From the NCBI GenBank assembly GCA_002495235.1, contig DAEG01000062.1, positions 1,358 to 42,384 on the forward strand: a DNA stretch of 41,027 nt, written 5' to 3'. Made by a program: the position numbers and the translations under genes. This stretch comes from Euryarchaeota archaeon UBA287. GTDB lineage: Archaea; Thermoplasmatota; UBA186; UBA287. Positions 35,291 through 41,027 of this stretch are shown here, in pieces. The notes beneath the pieces were generated by a model. That model made no database searches. It saw nothing but the letters and a program-made list of their open reading frames with translations, and had not been told where the DNA came from. Positions within the stretch are counted from its first letter, which is position 1. Each line of letters begins with the position of its first letter.

Positions 35291-35659
35291 TCAGCGCACT
35301 CGGTAGTACAGGCCGCTGGCTGTGGCTATCAGCTCTCCCGAGCTCTTCTTTATCTCGCACTCACAGAACGATAGCTTGTTGCCCTGTTTCTTAACCCGTC
35401 CACATCCTGTCACTTTTCCTTCACTCACGGAGCTGATGTAGTTCACGTTCATCTCAGCCGTTACTGCCACGCACTCGTTCATTGAGTAAAAGGCGGTGCC
35501 CATGCAGTAGTCTGCAAGCGTGGCTATCACACCACCGTGAAGCAGGCCCCATCTCTGCCGGAGGTCATCCCTCACATCTAGCTCGACCACGCTCTCTCCA
35601 TTCTCGGCGCTTATGAGCCTGTAACCAACCGTTCTGTCGAAGTTGCCGTCAGCCTCCAT
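35291..35659 (-). CDS. PaaI/hotdog-fold thioesterase
   Basis: The LHGGVIATLADYCMG motif and the length (122 aa) are typical of PaaI-family acyl-CoA thioesterases. Confidence 0.8.
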   Translation of the reverse strand: MEADGNFDRTVGYRLISAENGESVVELDVRDDLRQRWGLLHGGVIATLADYCMGTAFYSMNECVAVTAEMNVNYISSVSEGKVTGCGRVKKQGNKLSFCECEIKKSSGELIATASGLYYRVR

Positions 35660-35694
35660 AGGGGCTAGTCTCTTATCTGCTTATATTGTTAACT

Positions 35695-36504
35695 TTACGA
35701 GTCCTGCAGATCTATGCCAAACACCTCTTCAGGCATGTCAGTCATGGCCCTGCCGACTTTCTCCTCGAACCCCTCCTCCAGCAGCTTTTTCACGGTCCTC
35801 GGCAGTGTCCTTGGTCCTATGACCGCTCCCGGCCTGTTTGTGTCGTCCATGTAATCGCTCTCGAGCATGAACTTCCGCATGGTCTCGCAGGCGCTCCTTG
35901 CATTGCTGTGCGTCGCTATTATGCTCGGCGTCAGCCCGTGCGTGTCATCCGTAACGGGTGAGAAATGCTTTACCACTCTCTTTTTGTCGATCCCTGCAAT
36001 GTCAGCTATCCTGCTGAGATCCTCATACGTTCTCTCCGCGCTCTCGCTGTGCACTATGACCGCGCATCCGAGATCCTTTGCGGCCTCAAACGCATGCTCT
36101 ATGACCTCATTTGAGGCCTCAAGCACCTCCTCGCTGACATCGTAGTGCGGTCTGCCTATCTCTCCTATGGCGCACGCTCTTTTTTCTGCGATATAATCAG
36201 CAGCGATGTCTATAGCTTCCTCGAGGACCCTTTTTCCCTCTTCAACGTCAGAGAACTCGCTTATTCGCGCCGGGTGGATGCCAAGCGCAGTAAAAACCTT
36301 TATGTGTGTCTCTCTCCTGACCTTCTCCGCTATGGAAAGGAGCATTTCGTATTCCTCGATTATGTCTTCTTTTCCTCTGACCGCCCGCAGGTATGGCATG
36401 CTCACCAGCATGAGCGCGCTTCCACCCGCGCGCTCGAAATCCTTTGCGGCCTCTACGCATCTGCCTGCAGGATCCAGATGGAAGTGCGCGTCGAAGATGA
36501 TCAT
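35695..36504 (-). CDS. TatD-related metal-dependent hydrolase/DNase
   Basis: MIIFDAHFHLD (HxH) start, AIGEIG, VIVHSE and later His/Asp motifs. ATG 36504 has a TATA-like cttatatttttattta about 25 nt upstream. Confidence 0.8.
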   Translation of the reverse strand: MIIFDAHFHLDPAGRCVEAAKDFERAGGSALMLVSMPYLRAVRGKEDIIEEYEMLLSIAEKVRRETHIKVFTALGIHPARISEFSDVEEGKRVLEEAIDIAADYIAEKRACAIGEIGRPHYDVSEEVLEASNEVIEHAFEAAKDLGCAVIVHSESAERTYEDLSRIADIAGIDKKRVVKHFSPVTDDTHGLTPSIIATHSNARSACETMRKFMLESDYMDDTNRPGAVIGPRTLPRTVKKLLEEGFEEKVGRAMTDMPEEVFGIDLQDS

Positions 36505-36569
36505 CTCGGAACATAGACCTCCATAAATAAAAATATAAGTGATAAGTCTCATTAGCATCGGGTGTTAAA

Positions 36570-37457
36570 ATGGTGCCGGCGGATGTTCCGAAAGAGATGA
36601 GAGAGGAGTATGAGAGGAATTACAAGACGATAACAAAGGGCAGGGACAGGCTCATGCTCTTTGCGGGGGATCAGAAGGTGGAGCACATGAACGACGATTT
36701 CTACGGCGAGAGTGTGCCCAAGGATGATGCCGACCCTGAGCACCTCTTCAGGATAGCCTCGAAGGCAAGGATAGGCGCCTTCGCGGCGCAGCTGGGCCTG
36801 ATAGCAAAATACGGCTCGGATTACAGCAAGGTGCCGTACATAGTGAAGCTCAACTCAAAGACGCACCTCATAAAGACGACCCAGAGAGATCCCTTCAGCA
36901 ACCAGTGGGTAGACGTCGAGCAGGTCGCAGAGTTCAAGAAGGAGAGCGGTCTGAACATATGCGCCGTTGGCTACACGATATACCCGGGCTCGGAGTTCGA
37001 GGGTGAACAGTACAGACAGGCCGCGCAGGTCATATACAAAGCGCACAGGAATGGGCTGGTCACGATCATATGGGCTTACCCTAGGGGGAAGGCTGTGCAG
37101 AACGAGTCAGACCCGCACATAATAGCAGGTGCCGCGGGTATAGTCGCGTGTCTTGGTTCCGACTTCGTCAAGGTGAACTATCCCAAGGCGGAGAAGCCGG
37201 CGGAGGCTCTGAGGGAGGCGGTCCTTGCTGCTGGCAGGACAAGGCTACTTTGCGCAGGCGGCTCTAAGATAGGCGAGAGAGAGTTCCTGCAGATGCTGTG
37301 GGACCAGATACACATAGGCGGTGCGAGCGGCAACGCCACAGGGCGCAACATACACCAGCACTCTCTGGACGAGGCTATAAGAATGTGCAATGCCACATAC
37401 GCAATAACCGTCGAGGACAAAAGCGTTGAAGAAGCATGGTCAATATACAGGGACTGA
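36570..37457 (+). CDS. class I (DhnA/FbaB-type) aldolase, fructose-bisphosphate aldolase-like
   Basis: LMLFAGDQKVEH, IVKLN and SDFVKVNYP (Schiff-base Lys region) motifs of the DeoC/DhnA aldolase family. Confidence 0.7.
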   Translation: MVPADVPKEMREEYERNYKTITKGRDRLMLFAGDQKVEHMNDDFYGESVPKDDADPEHLFRIASKARIGAFAAQLGLIAKYGSDYSKVPYIVKLNSKTHLIKTTQRDPFSNQWVDVEQVAEFKKESGLNICAVGYTIYPGSEFEGEQYRQAAQVIYKAHRNGLVTIIWAYPRGKAVQNESDPHIIAGAAGIVACLGSDFVKVNYPKAEKPAEALREAVLAAGRTRLLCAGGSKIGEREFLQMLWDQIHIGGASGNATGRNIHQHSLDEAIRMCNATYAITVEDKSVEEAWSIYRD

Positions 37458-38806
37458 GCAGGACAAAGATAGTCTGCACGATAGGGCCCGCGTCTGAGAA
37501 AAAGATAAAGGCGCTCGTGAGGGCTGGTATGAGTTGCGCGAGGCTCAATCTCGCGCACGGGAGCATCGAGGAGCACATCAACATTGCGGACAGGATAAGA
37601 AGCATATCGGGCAGCGTGGCAATCCTGGCTGATCTGCCGGGGCCGAAGATAAGGCTTGGTAAATTAAAGGATGAGCCGCGCCTCTTAAAGAGAGACGAGG
37701 TCGTAGAGCTCACCGAGGGCGGCGAGGCCGTGGACGAAGCTATCCCGGTGGATTATGACGGCTTTCTTGGGACTGTTGATAAGGGGGACACGATATTCAT
37801 AAATGATGAGCTCATCCAGCTCAGGGTGATAGGGAAAGAGAACAAGGGGGCAAGGTGCAGGGTTCTTGCCGGAGGGGAGATCCTGTCGCACAAAGGCGTC
37901 AATATTCCCACAAAGAGGATCAAGTACGACAGAACAAGAGACCTCGAGCTCTGCGAGAGGATAGCGGAGCACGTCGACGTCATCGATGTCTCATTCGTGA
38001 GCGACGAGAGGGACATAGAGGCCGTCAAGGACAGGGCAAACGGAGCGCGGGTCATAGCGAAGATAGAGAGAAGGGCGGGTGTTGAGAACATCGAACACAT
38101 CCTCGGTAGTGCTGATGGTGTGATGGTTGCCAGAGGCGATCTTGGTGTAGAGGTGGGGCTCGAGAGCATACCCATGGTGCAGAAGAGACTGATAAGGGAG
38201 GCGAACATGGCAGGCAAGCCGGTTATAACAGCGACCCAGATGCTCCTGTCCATGGTCGAGAACAAGAGGCCTACCAGGGCGGAGGTTGCGGACGTGGCCA
38301 ATGCAATACTCGATGGCACTGACGCGGTCATGCTATCCGAAGAGACGGCCATGGGAAAGCACCCGGTAGAGGCAGTGAGCATGATGAAGCGCATAGCGCT
38401 CACCACAGAGAAGAGCAGAGGAAGCTTTATCGTGGATGGATGGAGAAAGGAGGGCAGCGTCGAGGACGTGATATCCTATGACGCATATGAGGCAGCGGAG
38501 ATGATGGGGATAAGGTACATCCTGACCCCGACTCGCACCGGCAGCACACCAAGAAGAGTGTCCAGGTTTAAACCCAGAGCAAGGATCCTGGCTTTTAGCA
38601 GCGACGAGAGGGTCAGGCGATTTCTCTCCCTGTCGTACGGCGTTTATCCAGTTAGTAGCGAAGAGGATGAAACTGAGGTCATCCGGAGAGCGAGAGAGCT
38701 GATAGGCCACAAGCAGGGCGAAAAAAAGGAGAGGGTCGTGCTCACCAGGGGCGCGATTGCCGGCAGGGCGGGCGGCACGAACACGCTGAGGATAATCGAG
38801 ATCTGA
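37436..38806 (+). CDS. pyk: pyruvate kinase
   Basis: TKIVCTIGPAS, ARLNLAHG, KIENxxG-type (KIERRAGVENI), MVARGDLGVE and MLSEETAMGKHP motifs. It overlaps the aldolase gene by 22 nt. Confidence 0.9.
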   Translation: MVNIQGLSRTKIVCTIGPASEKKIKALVRAGMSCARLNLAHGSIEEHINIADRIRSISGSVAILADLPGPKIRLGKLKDEPRLLKRDEVVELTEGGEAVDEAIPVDYDGFLGTVDKGDTIFINDELIQLRVIGKENKGARCRVLAGGEILSHKGVNIPTKRIKYDRTRDLELCERIAEHVDVIDVSFVSDERDIEAVKDRANGARVIAKIERRAGVENIEHILGSADGVMVARGDLGVEVGLESIPMVQKRLIREANMAGKPVITATQMLLSMVENKRPTRAEVADVANAILDGTDAVMLSEETAMGKHPVEAVSMMKRIALTTEKSRGSFIVDGWRKEGSVEDVISYDAYEAAEMMGIRYILTPTRTGSTPRRVSRFKPRARILAFSSDERVRRFLSLSYGVYPVSSEEDETEVIRRARELIGHKQGEKKERVVLTRGAIAGRAGGTNTLRIIEI

Positions 38807-38814
38807 GCTCTTGT

Positions 38815-40449
38815 TCACTCTCCCTTCAGCGACCGCGCCCTTATCGCGTAGAACTCGCTGCTCTCACTCCATTGCGGGTACTTCTCTGCGAAAGAGAGGT
38901 CAACTCCTATGCGGAAGATGAGCTCAATATCCTGCATCACGCCCGAGTAGTCCCAGTCTTCGCTGTATTCGTCCTCTACCGTATGATAGTACTTCTCGTT
39001 CCATTCCTCCTTGAGCTTCTGTCCACGTTCCTTGCCCCCCTCTTCATAGTCTATCCCGCTCTCCACATAGACGCTCGGAACGCCGACCTTTGCCAGGCTG
39101 AAGTGGTCCGAGCGGTAGAAGGAGCCTGCCTCAGGCTTAGGGTCAGGCGTGAGATATCTTCCCTGTTTTTCCGCCTCTTTTTCGGCAAGAGCCCTGATGT
39201 CCTCGCTCTGATCATAGCCCATCATCACTACATCCTTTGTTTTGCCCCACACGTTAGCGCCGTCTATGTTTATCACGGCCAGAGTCCTGTTCAGCGGGAG
39301 CAGAGGATGCTGAGCGTAGTGCTCAGAGCCCAGAAGGCCCTGCTCCTCGCCTGTCGTGGCAAGGAAAATGACGCTCCTCTGTGTCTGGGGCTTAAGAGCC
39401 TTGAACGCCCTTGCGATCTCTATAATGCCGGACATTCCTATTGCGTTGTCCATAGCCCCATTGTATATCTGGTCTCCCTCGAGTGTCGGGTCTGTACCAA
39501 AATGGTCCCAGTGGCCCATGTACAGCACGTATTCGTCTTTCTTGCTTCCGCCCTCAAGGACGCCTGCGACATTCTTGGAATCCACGTGCCTGAGCTCGGT
39601 GTCTATCGAAACGCTAGCGTTTGCCTTAAGGTCTATGGGCTTGAAATCATCCTTCAGGGCCAGCTCCTTTGCTTCTTCATAGGTAAGTCCCACGTTTCTC
39701 AGGAGTCTGTCACCAGCGTCCATGGTTATCCATCCTCGAACCTTCAGTTTGGAAGGGCTTCCTGAAAGGGAGAACAGCTCTCCGGTGTTTGAGCTCACGA
39801 CAACGTTCCACCCATAGCTGGCAGGCTCCGTTTCGTGTATCACTAAACATCCTGCGGCGCCTTTTCTCTCAGCCTCCTCGAACTTGTAGCTCCAGCGCCC
39901 ATAGTATGTCATCTCTTTCCCCTTGAATCTTCCGTCCGGAAGGGGAGGATCGTTTATCAGGACAACGATTATCTTGTCTTTGACGTCCTCCTTGAAATCG
40001 TTCCAGTTGTACTCCGGTGCCTCAACGCCATAACCAAGGAATACGAGAGGGGCATCCACACTGACACGTGTTTTTTCTTCTTCGTTCCAGGCCACAAAGT
40101 CATCCTTGTACTTGAGGGTAATGCCTGTTTTGCCCTCTATTGTGAGATCGCTCGGCTGCGGCTTCATACCGACCATAGGCACATCCTGGAAATAGCTTCC
40201 GTTGTTTGCGGGAGAAAGCCCCAATTCCTGGAACTTTTCGGCTATGAACTGGGTTGCTCTCTCCTCCCCCTCGCTTCCCGGTGCTCTGCCCTGCATCTCA
40301 TCATCAGACAGTGCTCTGGTGTTCTCGGCCAGCGGCTCTGTGCTCATGGCTTTTACCGCCGTAGTTACGGCTTCGTCGCTTGGTTGTGTGCTGGTTTCAA
40401 CACAGCATGCTATCAGCAGAGCTGCCAATATCAAAATCGAGCGCTTCAT
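38815..40449 (-). CDS. secreted M28-family aminopeptidase with PA domain (lipoprotein)
   Basis: Lipobox-like LLIACC after ATG 40449. Zinc-ligand motifs MGHWDHFG, GAMDNAIGMSGIIEIA, ATTGEEQGLLGS and a late HYH region (YYHTVED). Confidence 0.8.
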   Translation of the reverse strand: MKRSILILAALLIACCVETSTQPSDEAVTTAVKAMSTEPLAENTRALSDDEMQGRAPGSEGEERATQFIAEKFQELGLSPANNGSYFQDVPMVGMKPQPSDLTIEGKTGITLKYKDDFVAWNEEEKTRVSVDAPLVFLGYGVEAPEYNWNDFKEDVKDKIIVVLINDPPLPDGRFKGKEMTYYGRWSYKFEEAERKGAAGCLVIHETEPASYGWNVVVSSNTGELFSLSGSPSKLKVRGWITMDAGDRLLRNVGLTYEEAKELALKDDFKPIDLKANASVSIDTELRHVDSKNVAGVLEGGSKKDEYVLYMGHWDHFGTDPTLEGDQIYNGAMDNAIGMSGIIEIARAFKALKPQTQRSVIFLATTGEEQGLLGSEHYAQHPLLPLNRTLAVINIDGANVWGKTKDVVMMGYDQSEDIRALAEKEAEKQGRYLTPDPKPEAGSFYRSDHFSLAKVGVPSVYVESGIDYEEGGKERGQKLKEEWNEKYYHTVEDEYSEDWDYSGVMQDIELIFRIGVDLSFAEKYPQWSESSEFYAIRARSLKGE

Positions 40450-40538
40450 AGATGTGAAGCCGTGGATCGGTATAAAAGGATTCCTGAGGCATCCCGAAGA
40501 GAGGTGTGTCATCACCGGTCAGGCTCAGCAGCCTTTAG

Positions 40539-41018
40539 TCATTCTATGACCTCTTTTACCTCTAGGTTTTTTTCGAGATAGTTTATGAACTGCCTGAAGA
40601 GCCTCTTCTCTATGTCACCCTCGAACTGGACATCTATAGCATGGTCAGCTTTTCTGTGTATCCTCTTTATCTTTACTACGGCTCTGTGTTCCTTGTCCAT
40701 CATGGCCGTGATCCTAACGCTTTTGGATCCTTTCCAGCTGTCACCAAGCCCTATCAGCATCTCTATGGTGTCACGCACGTCGTTCTCTCTTTCAGGGTGC
40801 GAGTATATTGCCTGTCTGTCGATTCTTATCTCGGCGACGTTCTTGAATTTAGCGTAGGCAAGCGCTCTCAGGAATTTTTCTGCGGTCACGATCATGTCGA
40901 ACTCTTCCAGCACTCTCTCGCGATCCAGTCTTTTTGCCAAAAATCTCTGGAGATCCCCCTCCGGCAGGACTGCGTTCTTTTTCGTATCGAGCTCTACGTA
41001 TACGTGCGGGTTGTGCAT
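40539..41018 (-). CDS. hypothetical protein
   Basis: A 159-aa soluble ORF with host-like composition. No family recognised. Confidence 0.45.
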   Translation of the reverse strand: MHNPHVYVELDTKKNAVLPEGDLQRFLAKRLDRERVLEEFDMIVTAEKFLRALAYAKFKNVAEIRIDRQAIYSHPERENDVRDTIEMLIGLGDSWKGSKSVRITAMMDKEHRAVVKIKRIHRKADHAIDVQFEGDIEKRLFRQFINYLEKNLEVKEVIE

Positions 41019-41027
41019 GACCTCTTC

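Noticed and set aside
1-41027. CRISPR arrays, rRNA/tRNA genes and riboswitch-like structured RNAs.
   Set aside because: No regularly spaced direct repeats were seen. No intergenic region longer than about 270 nt has RNA-gene hallmarks. The intergenic spacers are short and are explained as promoters.

Overview
This is a GC-rich, densely coded archaeal chromosome segment of about 40 genes. The archaeal call rests on ether-lipid genes (GGGP synthase and DGGGP synthase), ribosomal protein L15e, FEN-1, Pelota, an NFACT/Rqc2 homologue, a Taw2/Trm5-type tRNA methyltransferase and a DUF373 protein. A split LplA/LplB lipoate ligase suggests a Thermoplasmata-like euryarchaeon, but that is inference only. 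Housekeeping content includes histidine ammonia-lyase, endonuclease IV, a class I aldolase, pyruvate kinase, TatD, a lysine-6-transaminase-like enzyme, CDF and MATE transporters, and many secreted peptidases (S16 Lon-like, C14 caspase-like, M28). Two putative peptidase inhibitors sit next to those peptidases. Many genes are joined by ATGA, GTGA or TTGA stop/start overlaps, and many ATGs lie 20-25 nt downstream of a TATA-like box, which suggests leaderless mRNAs. The stand-out is an AT-rich island of about 6.9 kb (roughly 20.7-27.5 kb) between host-like genes. It holds only two very large, translationally coupled minus-strand genes. One is a fusion of a PLD-family (HKD) nuclease domain with an SNF2/SF2 helicase. 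The other is a 1157-aa MmeI/PglX/Eco57I-like N6-adenine DNA methyltransferase with its own TaqI-like specificity domain. I read this as a compact restriction-modification-like (Type III-like or DISARM-like) defence module that fits no canonical class from what can be seen here. Secondary oddities: a CPBP/Abi-type protease gene whose catalytic Glu-Glu motif lies out of frame between two compensating frameshifts; an LplB-like reading frame with no canonical start codon; a protease/inhibitor gene cluster; a membrane protein-NFACT-Pelota operon; and a Cys/Leu-rich orphan membrane ORF. I found no rRNA, tRNA, CRISPR array, integrase or transposase. All family assignments come from motif recognition by eye, with no database search.
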